Source of the DNA: Camelus dromedarius
Taxonomy: Eukaryota
Direction: 5' to 3'
DNA: 64,000 nt
Assembly (NCBI RefSeq): GCF_036321535.1
Contig: NC_087436.1
Coordinates: forward strand, 4,154,001 to 4,218,000
A program made the translations under genes and the position numbers. Every line of letters begins with the position of its first letter. The stretch's first letter is position 1. Below are positions 14,183-25,620 of the stretch, piece by piece. Below the pieces are notes generated by a model that worked only from the letters and a program-made list of their open reading frames with translations, searched no databases and was not told where the DNA came from.

Positions 14183-14306
14183 CTGGGTCATGAATCTAAT
14201 GGTACCACAGTTTCGGGAGCAGAACAGACCACCCCACGATGGGAACGGGACAACCATCTGTATCCCATGGGCAAACTGGGGTTATTTTATGAATACCTTG
14301 AAATGA
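14183..14306 (+). pseudogene. ANO6: ANO6-like pseudo-exon (~exon 16)
   Basis: gcag|CTGGGTCATG...GAAATGA|gcaagt. Reads WVMNL, then a frameshifting deletion, then VSGAEQTTPRWERDNHLYPMGKLGLFYEYLEM. The donor is GC. Confidence 0.9.
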
Positions 14307-17199
14307 GCAAGTCATCAGTGGAGATTTTGGTGCTGTCGGTTATACTAGAGTATGTTTTGGGTCTCAGAAGCATCGGTTACCGAGCCGAACAATGACCTAG
14401 CATACCGAAACGGAGCCCGCTTTTCTCCAATAGATGCAATTATGCAGTCAGGCTTTCAAATAGGGTGCCTGTGTGTATCTTTGTCAGTATTTATGTTGTA
14501 CAAAGCTGAAGATTTACTGCCAAGGAATGAAATGGAATATTCATTCAGGTACGTCTCCACCATTAATTCTCAGAGCGTTCTGACCATGTCATCTAAGGAT
14601 GAACTCAGAACCATTACTAGATGTGACTCAGCGCGGGCTGCAGCACATGCGGTGCAGCTGTTGGCTGATACCCTTCCAAACAGAGTCATGTGAGCCAGCC
14701 AGCCTGTGCAGAAAGCCCACAGGAGCAGCCTGCCTTGTTGCAGCAAGGGTCACAGGGTCACCCCTGCCACATCTCACACCTGCCTTTGACATTATTCCAA
14801 TTTCCTCTGACCCATGGTTTCTGCCTGGTTCCTTGAGTGACCTCATGGCACATCACTGGCTTGAATGCAGGATGAATTTGCTAGTCTGGAATTAAGGTTG
14901 AGCACAGATCCCCTCCTTCAATGTCTTTGTCCATTTCTGTACATTTCCTTGGTCTCTGTTTCTCTTTGGTTGAACTTGGTTTTGAGCTCTCAGTTGCCTT
15001 TGGTTGCATCTCAAAACAGATTTCCATAGGAAACATCATCTCTTCTATTATGCATGGCACGCTTTTATCTACTAGAAGGTTGATGATGTGCACATTTTGT
15101 ATCTGAGACTTTCAGCTCACCACTGCCATGAATTGCAGTTTTTATAAGCTTAGGAGAACAGGAAAGGATTTCGGTGGACAGGCTTTGTTTGCACTTATGC
15201 CTAGGTGTTTGGGTTTGCTAAGACACCCCTTTGTGCTTCCTGTTTATAAGTCTGCAGATAAAGGGAGGTTTTTGTTTGTTTGTTTGTTTACTGAATCACT
15301 TTCTATATATAAAATAATTGCTTTTAAAGATATACTTTATATATGGAAATGCATCTGCTTCCTTCGGGGAGTGAAAGGGCATCTTGCAGCGTCTTCAGTG
15401 AGCAATGCTTTGCAGCCTGGGGTCCGATTTGAGTCCGTTTTAGTTTTGCTGTGTTTCATGAGCAGGCTTCATCAGGGGTGCAGCTGCAGTCCCTGGTGTG
15501 GAAGCTGTTTGTCTATTCTGCTTATTTTCAAAAGGACTGTAATCCAATGACCCACTATTCCAAGATGAGTCATAATTGTAAATATTTCTTGTTGGGGCTA
15601 TTATCAGCATTAATAACAACAACATTCTGGGGGCAGCATATCATTTGTTACTTTAACACACACACACACACACAAACCTTGGAAAAAAGTTATTGTTCTA
15701 ATTAAGTCAAATAAAGGGCATTGAAGGAAAAGTATGCTTTGGGGAAGAATTGATAGGACTTTTAGAACTTCATAGTGTCATTAAAGTACCAATTAAATAA
15801 TTCAGCCTCCCCCTACCCTGCAAGAAAGGATGGAGTAACACCTATTCTAGAGAGATTTTTCAGATTTATTAAATTGTTTTCCTATTATCTAAATAATCCC
15901 TAATGAATTAGAAAAATTAATCCGTTTCTGAGAGTAGGCAGTCTGTTATTCTGTATTCGACGCTGGAGTGAAACCTATTTTTTGTTCTTTTGGTTCATGG
16001 GAGATAGAATTTCCAAGTGCTTTTTGAAGTATTTTTGTTCCTCTAAAACAAAGTGCCTTTGGTGGTGATCTCCCGACCACAGTTTCCTCCTTCCAATGTT
16101 CCCCATGATCATTAATGACACCCCATCTGCCTTTTTAGCTATGCCTCTTAGCTGCTGAAGGGGAACAGCTTCTGACAGATGACCCTGGAGCCCTCCACCC
16201 GTGCTTACAGCCACCAGCCCTGGTCTCCTTCGCCTGAAGTAACTTTCTCTGCTTTTATGCCTGGAAGGACCCTTGCCAAGCCTCGGCAGTAACTCTCCAC
16301 CTTTTACACAGATTTTCTGCTCTCCTTTCTAGGCATTAATCACACTTGATTCTTGTCTTGATGGTGCGTGATCGTGTCCGTGTCCATTGTGCTCCCCGGC
16401 TGGACTGATCCTGTCGGAGGCTGTAGTCAGGCTTTGCATCATCCCGTCCATGTCCGGAGCACTGCGGCCTGGACCCTGGTTCTAATACGTGTTTAAGTGA
16501 CTTGAACTTGGAGTTTCAACACACTCACATACAACTGTTAGATGAGTTGGTGGTAACATTGCCCCCACGGCCCCACCAGGATCTAAATGGCATATTTCTT
16601 TGAGTGAAAATTCTTTTTTATTTGTTGTAGTGAATTCCCCATCCTTTGAGATTATTAGAGTAACACTGAGGTGTCAGCCAAAATAGCTCTCCCCCCGCCA
16701 GCGAATGATCCTGCCTACTGAGAACTCAGACACGGGACATAAGTCTTAACATCTGGAAGCTGTAAGACACTGTTTTGTACTCAGAGCGCCCACAGCACAA
16801 ACACGTCTCTCAAGAACTTGGCAATGCCTTCCCAGCAGGCGGGCGGCGTGAGTGACATGCAGTGAGTGAGGATGTGAGCCCCCTTTGTCTCTGGTACTGC
16901 CTCTCCCACCCTTGTTGGGTTAGCTTGACCTTCCCTTCATATATTATATTCTCCATTCAATTTACTGCAGTTAATATCAGTTGTTCTTCAACGTCTCCTT
17001 GCACCCACCCCCTTCATCCCCTCTCTCTCCAGTGCTATCCCACCCTCGCCCCCTGCACTCTCCAGGCCTGTCTCCCGCACGCCCTCACCTCTGCTCTGTA
17101 TGCCCACTACCTGCACTGACATTTCTTTATCTCTGCGGGATGAACTTTCCAAAATGGCACCTGAGTAACTGGAGGGGATTGTAGAACTCTCATCTCTTT

Positions 17200-18760
17200 A
17201 CTCATTCATTCGTTTATCCATCCAACAAACACTGAGCACCTGCTGTGCCAAACACTGTATGAACTGCTGGGGAGACCAAGACAGGTAAGACTTGGTGTCT
17301 GCACTCCCCAGGCCAGGCGAGGCATGGCGAGTCGTTGATGGACTGCTAAGCAGGTGAACACACATTGGACTTCCTAGAGCTGGAGATATTTGAACTGGAT
17401 TTTAAAAGGTAAATGTAAGTTAGCTCTCAACGTGTGGTAGAGGGAGTGGACACTTCATGCAGAGAGGTAGAGACATATAAGAGCACACGGCATGAAGCAG
17501 CTTGGCCAGACTGAAGAACAACATGTAGGGCTAGAACAAAGGATCCATAGGTGGGGATATCAGTTGCACAAGGCCTCTGTCACGATGGGCCTTGTGTGCT
17601 TAGACTTGAATGTATCCTTAAAGAAACACGGATATATTGAAATATTTTTAAGCAAGAGAATTGCATAATGTTTATGTTGAAGAAGATCTGGTTATTCTTG
17701 CAGCAGAATGGAAGATAATATTTTTAGTGGGAGGATCATATTTTGGGGGGAAAGGGAATTTCGGGGACCACCTCAGGTAAACCAGACAACAAATGGCACA
17801 CACGTGCAGAGAGGCCCTGGGCAGAGGGAGAGAGACACGGGCGGCAGAAGTGGTGACTGCTGCAGAGGGGACAGCAGGGCCGGGGCGGCGGTCGCAGAGC
17901 TGCTGAGGTGACTTTCCAGTGACCCATCCGGAGAGCAGAGCGGATCTGCAGGGGGAGTGTAAGGGGAGGATCTGGTTTCGAGGAGATGGTTCTGTGTGTG
18001 GCATTTTGAGTGTGAGGTGTCTATGGGACATGTGAGGGGTGATGCCAGTAGTTAAGCTGGATTCACCAGTCAGGAGCTCAGAGGATCTGTGCGTGACGCC
18101 GTGGGGGTGATTCAGTCCTGCCAGGCAGAGGATTGAAGACGAGGCCCTGGGGAAAAGTGCCATGTACGCGGCAAATGGGAGAAGAGAAATCCACCAAGAG
18201 AAAGAAGAATAGCAGAGCAGTTGGGAGAAAACTAGTTGAGGCAACACAGAGAAGGCTGGCTTAAGAGGGATTTGAACACTGACTAAAAGGAGCATAGTGA
18301 GAAAGGGAGGTGTGTGGGGCAAAAAAGCAAGAGTTAAAGCCCACCTTTCATTGCCAAGCCTGGGGAAAAGGAGGAGGAGGGCTATACTTAGGTAGCCTTT
18401 AAAAAACAGATCTGTGTGTATCTGTGTGTGTGCATATGTGCACAAACAATTTTCTGCCTGGGCTTTTTAAAATAATTTAAGTAAAACAAAAATCAAGAGG
18501 GAGGAACATTCCACAGAGAGGAAAATATTTGTCCACGGCAAAAGCTACCTGGTAATCAAATAAACAGGGACTAAAAATGCCCACTGGCTTTGGAACACGC
18601 AGCCACCGGCAGTGCAATTCCTGTCTCAGTGCCGCGGTGAGGGCCGTGGGGGATGCAGGGCTCTGAGCCCTGGAGGAGTCATCAGCGCAGCTACTTCTCC
18701 AAGAAACTGGACTTTAAAGGGAAGAAGAAAGTGTAGGAAGTGTCAGAGAGCAATACAGGG
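17200..18760 (-). mobile_element. L2 LINE remnant
   Basis: L2 3' end CATTCATTC...CAACAAACACTGAGCACCTGCTGTGCC, followed by degenerate L2 body. Right boundary is approximate. Confidence 0.7.
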
Positions 18761-20910
18761 CCGTGAGAGAGGCTTGGGCGAGGGTTAGTTTTGTTTTACA
18801 TTGGGAGTTTCTGGCCTTGCTGAGTTGCTAGGCCTTTGCTGTTGTTGGTCTTTGTTCCAAAAGCTTTTTAGAAAGTTCTTCTCGCTTAAATATCTGAACA
18901 GATTAAATCATGTTGGGTTATTTCTGGTGTTTTATTTTAATTGAAAAATTATCTGGAATTTATTTTAATGTCAAAAATGAGGACACCGTACCAAGTGTTC
19001 CAATGATTTAGCTAATTACTCCAGAATTCCAATCCACCGATTTGAAGTGTCAGTTTTATAATATTACTAAAATCTTAAATAGCCACGTCTATTCTTGAAA
19101 TGTATTCTATTTCATTCATACTCTCAGTGCACTATTTCAAAACTGTTTCCATGACCATAGATTAATACATTCTAGAGTTGGTCCTATTTTATCCTTTTCC
19201 AGAATGTCCCTAATACTACAAATTCAAACATCCCTCTTCATTATTTTATCTGTATATTTGTGTATATTTCTGGAAGAACTTTAGGATCACCTTTCATCTT
19301 GTTTCCTTAAATCCATTTGGGATTATTAACTAAATTTGCATTCAGATTCTAAATTTATTTTGGAGAAAAAATTGGCTATGTCCCCCAAACTTGAGTCTGC
19401 CCAGTGAAGAGTATGGTGCATTCTACTGTTCATTCAGTCATCATTTTTTTTAACTCATTTATCAGAATCATGTTAACATTTTTCATTAATTTATTTCTGA
19501 ATAGTCTGTGCTTTGGTTGTCATTATAAATGATATATTTTCTGGGTTTTGAACTGGGTTGATCGCTAATAAAGTCTTAATTTCTGGCTTCTCTTGAATAA
19601 GAAGGAGATCTGACAGTGTGGGGCCCACTTTCCAATATGGTGACGGTGACCAGTGCGTTTCCTTAGGATGTCCACTTGCCAATTTGCCAGTGGCTGCACA
19701 CACTCCACACATTTCTGCTACTTACCTGCCCCCTGTAGGCAGATGAGCTCATGTAGGGTTAGGTGGGTTATGGACACAGATACTGACATCACTGCTGCCA
19801 CGCTGCTGACCCTGTGGCGTCACTAACTCTGCTTCTTCCTCTCTGACCTCCCTGAATATGACAGCTCCTTCTGGGCTGTGGACCTGCTGCATCTTTCCAG
19901 CACTGTCGGCTTTTCTGCAACACACCCCTGCCTCTCAGGTCAGAAGCAAATGTCAGCTCCTCCTACCCATCCACCCCACCCACGGTCTTGCCGTTCCTGG
20001 CCAGAGTGGTCCCTACCCCTTGACTGAGCAGTAACACTAAAGGGACTATAAATTTGCCTCTCATCCACTGTCTTATTTACATACATGTGCTAGTTTATTT
20101 TAAAGATCTGCCCGTTAGGAGGGGAGGGTCTAAAAGTCTTTTAGATCTCTGGCCTTATCATTTCTAACCGCTCCCCCACCCCATGGAACAGCTTACCACA
20201 GATCTCTGCTGCCCCGTCTGTAGCAAGGCCCTGTAAATTACAGACAGAGAGAAAAGAACTTCTAAGCCACCACCATAACTTTGACTTCCTGTGACCACAC
20301 AGACCATAGAAATATCAACATAAAAATTCCTGGAGAAGGATATTTTGCTTAGGAGGACACTTTAATTGCATACCTTTCTGTGACTTGTAATAACTTCATA
20401 GACCCACCTTCCCAGACTCAAGGGAGCTTGCTCACTTGCCTATTTTCAGTGTATTTCCTCCAACGTTCTCTATGCATAGCTTTCCCAAAGGTACATTTCT
20501 TATTTCTATTTAAATTGTTAGATACATCCACAATATTCTTTTTTTAATCCTCAATTACAAATCATCTTCCAAGATTGTATTATTTCAACACTGAGAGTGA
20601 ATAATATGCTTCAAGATTCCCAAGTTTATTACCAGCAAATAACTATGGTTGGCTAAAGACTTTTAAGTATGTTTTTCCTACTAAGGGTATATACGTGAAT
20701 TAAACAGTTTGTAATGAGTCTTCTTCCCAGAGATTTTATATTTGCCTTTTGTTTGGATTCTTTCACTGTTGAACATTATTATTACCATGAATGTCTTTTC
20801 TCTTTGGGATTTAGTTCACCATTTGCCCCTCTCTCTTTACAGGAGTAAAGGAATTTATGTTGTCCTTCATCCATCCACCACTCCATGTTGTGTGTCCATT
20901 CCTTCAACAG

Positions 20911-21119
20911 GTATTCAGTTTGGGTTCACCACCTTATTTGTGGCCTCTTTCCAGTGTGGCCCCTCTGTTGGCTCTGGAGAAAAACATATTGGAAATCAGA
21001 GTGGGTACGTGGAATCTTGACTACCCAGTATAGACGCATGGTGCCAGAAGAAGCCCAGGACGTCGCAGTGTGGCAGCCCACCAGGCAAGGAACAGCAATT
21101 CTGGCTGTGGTGGACCAAT
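20911..21119 (+). pseudogene. ANO6: ANO6-like pseudo-exon (~exon 17)
   Basis: acag|GTATTCAG... Reads IQFGFTTLFVASF / APLLALEKNILEIRVGTW / LTTQYRRMVPEEAQDVAVWQPTRQGTAILAVV / TN across about three +1 frameshifts. The donor is degraded (gctact). Confidence 0.9.
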
Positions 21120-23817
21120 GCTACTCGCTTCATGGGGTGAAGTCCTTGAAGAGTCCAAAATGCATTGGCGTTGCTTCCTAAGGAATCCAGTGTTGGGTAT
21201 TGTTTAATATGAGAGGGAGATGCTAACACTATCATCGTTATAAACAACATAGTTGTTGCAACTGTAATTGTTATTATTTTTAATATATTTTCTTTATAAT
21301 TATTATTTGTGACTTACAAGAGCTCTTACAGGGGCAGTTGTTAAGAACCGTGGCCATTATACTGTTGCTGAAGTGCTAATTCAGTAGAAGCATGGTAATA
21401 GTATTAATAAGCACTCACTCTTTTGATCCTCACATGATTGTAAAGGTCACCCAGCAGTGCTTGTATAACGGAGATAGAAATCTATCCGTCTAAGAGTTTG
21501 TAGAACCTAAAATAAGAGCAGTCATTCCACCGTATTTGACCATATATTCCAGACTATCAGTTTAAAGTAGGAACTACCTGATGAGGCCATAGAAACCCTT
21601 TGTGCATCCCCAATCATTCATTACCTTCCTGGCCCCCTGGGGCAGAGGTTCTTCCAGAAGGTGGCCCCATCTCTCCTCCCCACCCCACTCTTGGCCTTTG
21701 CTGCCCACTGTTGGTCATTAGCTAAGCATCCTCATGTCCTGCAGGTGTCTGAGCTGTGAGGGAACACAACTCAGCTGTTTACAAACTATACTGACTATGA
21801 CCAGGCTGAACAGCCTCTCTCCTCCCCTGCCCACACCCCCACAGGGCAACGGGGGGCTCACAACCACAGCGATTCCCATGCCAGCCCATCAGGGAACCTC
21901 CTTCCCTAGAAATATTCTTACAACAAGGGCTGTTTCCTCCCTTACTTCACTGACAGGCTCACTCCCAGGTTACAGTCCCCAACAAAAGGCTATCCCAGTT
22001 TGAATTTCTTAATCAAGTCACATTGACCCTGAGTACCTGGCATTTTCCTATGAGCACTCAGAGAAACAGAACAGGGCCTGGCAGTGGCTGCGGGCCAGGT
22101 TCCTGGGTGAGGGGACTTGCTGGGCCCTTCAGGTTCTGTAGTCTGGCCCAAGCTCAGCTCCCAGCACGGCGTCTTCCCACCTGCATGATTTCGGGCCAGG
22201 CTTCAACAGTTCAGAGCTTCATTTTATCATCTGCAAACAGAATAATTCCCTGCTGCATATTTTAAGACTGTTATGTACCACAAACGGTGCTTAAGGAATT
22301 CAGTGAGTCAATGCATGGAAGTCACACAACCTGGTCCTCAGGGAATGTTAGTTATCTTCATTATGCACCATCGATAAAATTGGCTGCACAGACTTGGCCA
22401 GGTATCAAAGCTACAGGCACGAGAATTTGACAATGTGTCACTGTCTGGATCATAGTCACAATTTTACACAGTAAAACAAGCTACCAGGGACCACCCAGCT
22501 ATCAGCCCACCCAACTCCCCACCCCAAGATCCCTCAATTTATCTGATTTGCTTGCTACCCCTACTTTTTGGAGAAGGTTGGCAAATCACACACAGTCAAT
22601 GACTGCTAGGTTATGTCCATTCCCATTCACTCAAATTGCCCCCATTTTCAGTATCCACTGTGCTGCAAAACATAGACTAATGTTCAGAAATATGAGAGCA
22701 AGGCCTTTCCCGTTCCACAGTCAGAGAAGTACGAATCTGTCATGTTTAATATGCCATGTGACACTAAGCAAGGCAGGAAAACAGGCTCCTGTGCTTTAAG
22801 AAAGTTTTTAACAATGACGTTTGAAACTAAAAGTGTTTTTGTTTGACCTTCAGCTAACCAGAAAATTCAATTGACTCCTATTCCCCATTACTCAGGTATC
22901 CTGGTTTGATTTATTAGGCACTTTTCCTCATCTCCCCAGCATGGCTTTGCTCCATCAGCACAGATGGAGTGTCTCCAAGGCTGCTCCGTGTGCATGGGCG
23001 TGTGCGTGCACACATGTGCACCCACTGATTGGTGCCACTGATTCATATCCAGGGGTTGTTCTGTCTTATAACTCAAGCATTGCTTTATTATATCCTAGAA
23101 AACTGCTTTTAGATCATTGATTGAACTATAGACCATCCTCTTGCCCACATTAGGAAGTGACGTCTTCCAAGACACAGGTCCTGTGTGCTTGTATATATGT
23201 ATAAGTAAGAATTAAATATGCACGTCATCCCCTCACATATTTAAGTTGTGCCTTCCCAATTGAATGTGCACAGTAAAGGCTAACTTCCCATAACAGGAGA
23301 ACTTTTAGGAAGAAAGAAGAAGGAATTAGCCACCAGGGAGAAGACAGGATATCGAGCAGAAGTTTGGTATAAAGTCATTTATTCTAAAGCTGCTCTGGCT
23401 CAATAAATAAGTGGAATTGACATTGTTGTATCATGCCAGAGCATCTGCTATTGAAGACCGATTTTAATTTACTTTGATATAAGTGGAAAATTGTGTCAGA
23501 ACAGCATGGGAAATGAAGCACACTGCATCTATCTGTACTCCTGAAGTGTGTCTCAGAGCTGCTCAGTTTTGAGGAAAAGTACCTTGTCTGGAGACAATAG
23601 AATTATTTTCATTGTTGGAATTTTTGTAGCTTCCAGAAGCACATCTGCAGGTGATTCTGTAAAAGTCTAGAGTTGACTTAAATAGCAGGAAATTTTAGCC
23701 TATTGAAATCAGGAGAAGTGAAATATTTTTGCCTACCACCACCACCACCACCACCACCAGGCAAGCACGTGTACACCCAGAGAGATTTCACATCAGAGGG
23801 AATGACGAAGCTGGTTC

Positions 23818-24341
23818 TGTTACCGAGGCCAAACTTGTTCTGCTCACTGCACAACAGTGATAAATAAATAAATCAGGAGACAAGGTTTTGGGGCAAGGAA
23901 TAGTAACTTTATTCAGAAAACTGGCAGACCAAGAAGATGGGGGACTAATGTCCTGGAGAATCATCTTTCCCAAGTCAGAATTCAGGGTCCTTTTAAACTA
24001 AAAAGGGGAGAGGGTGTGGTTGGTTGTGCAAACTTCTTGCTGCAGGCATTCTTTGCTCTTGCAGCCGTCCATGTGTGTCAGGCTATGGTGTCCCTGTAAG
24101 CCTCCAACAAAACAAAGGTAATTCTTTATTTTGCAACTTGCCATCTCTGCGTAAGTGCAGAAGTGGTAACATCCTTAAAGGTCAGAGCCCCGAGAATAGG
24201 CTTTCCTGTAGGTTTTAGGCTAAAGGCAACGTTGTTTTACAAAAGGAGCAGAGCCAGCAAGATTAAGCCTGGAAAACAGGGCACAGTGCTTCAAACTGAA
24301 GGAACAGATCCAATATGGCATCAGATTTGTTCTCGATTACA
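23818..24341 (-). mobile_element. ERV1-class solo LTR (524 bp) with 4-bp TSD
   Basis: TG...CA termini. GTTC is duplicated at 23814-23817 and 24342-24345. The polyA signal appears as TTTATT near 23910. Confidence 0.85.
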
Positions 24342-25598
24342 GTTCTAGTTAGGGGAAATTTTGCAGCAGAAAATCCCCTCAGTTGTTTTTCTTGCTTTGC
24401 CTGAGATCTTGTTTGTTGGCGTGTGGTCTCATGGTGTCTAAACCGTATGTTCAGATGAATACTATTAAAATCATATGGTGCAGAAAACATATCTGTTCTG
24501 CTTCAAAAAATTACTGAAACATTTAGCTTTGTTTATTCCATAGAATTTGGATTGAATCTATTCTCGACTTTCTTCTTCCTTCAAGCCAGTTGTTTACTGG
24601 AGGGTTTAAAGCCCAAATTAAAGAATTTTGGAGAAGACTCATGTAATTCATAAGAGCTTTACATCCGAATTTAAGACTGACCCATATTTATACTTTTAAT
24701 CAAGGAACACAATAAACTTTGTTAGTCGAACATTTATGACTTTTTTAACTTTGTCCATGTAATCTTTAGGAAGTTCAGAGGCTTAGACACTTGATCTAAC
24801 AAAACAGGTATCATTGCTTGACTCTGTGAATGAAAGAATCCCAGTATAGTTTCCTGCAAGTATATTTTATTAAAATTAATAAAGAATTCCTGCTCTCTAA
24901 TAAAGCAACAGACAGAAGCACATACTGAGTGTTTAAAATAAATCAGAATATAGGTTAACTTATCTAAGCAAGTCAAGATAGTATAGGGAAAAAAGTATGA
25001 AGTTGAAGGAAAATACATATTGTGCAATTAATATCCTATTTTAAAGAAGCAAATGATAAAAAAAAAGCCAATTTTTAAATCATTTATCTATGAAGGAGTT
25101 ATATAAAGCAAACATATTCATAAGTGTTACAGAAACTAAAGGGCTATTTAAATCTACATTATAAAAGATTAAATTATACCAAATAGATCTCCAAGGTTGA
25201 TTGATTTTCATGATATTTATACTTTTTGAAAATATAACTTATATAAAACATATCCAAGCAGCTCTTGAATTATCCACAGTAACCTAGTCTACAGTTACTC
25301 TTACTGTACTTAAAAATGTAATAGGCAAGGTTCGGGCCCTTGCTTCTGAACTGCCACTGGACTTCTGGATACTCCCTTAGGTTAAAGACCAAAAGCAAAG
25401 TAACTATTCTACTTTAAAGCAGTTGCTCAAAGACTCTAAGACATTCACTATCTATATCCAGTTACAGGAAAGAATTAAGTTTTCTGTACATTAAAAAAAA
25501 GAAATCTTCTGCTGAAAATGAAATTCTGTCATGTATGCTGACCATAAATATAAAGGCTCTAAATTAGTGCTCCCTTTGCTGTTTTCCTACCAGCACAG

Positions 25599-25620
25599 GC
25601 CATGATCATCGCTTTCACAT
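25599..25620 (+). pseudogene. ANO6: 5' stub of ANO6-like exon ~18 (AMIIAFT), cut off by the satellite
   Basis: Pyrimidine tract, then cacag|GCC ATG ATC ATC GCT TTC ACA T. This is exactly the peptide expected after ...AVVTN. Satellite sequence follows directly. Confidence 0.85.

Larger units (their letters stand above)
1495..25620 (+). pseudogene. ANO6: Unprocessed (intron-containing) partial pseudogene of anoctamin-6 / TMEM16F, exons ~12-18, truncated at the 3' end by a satellite array
   Basis: Seven collinear exon remnants, each preceded by an AG acceptor, translate to recognisable ANO6 peptides ([86 protein letters not shown]). Frameshifts occur in five exons and there are two in-frame stops. 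Earlier exons would lie left of the window. Confidence 0.95.

Noticed and set aside
17672..18445. 257-aa ORF
   Set aside because: It lies within a decayed L2, shows no recognisable domain, and its composition is typical of a spurious frame.
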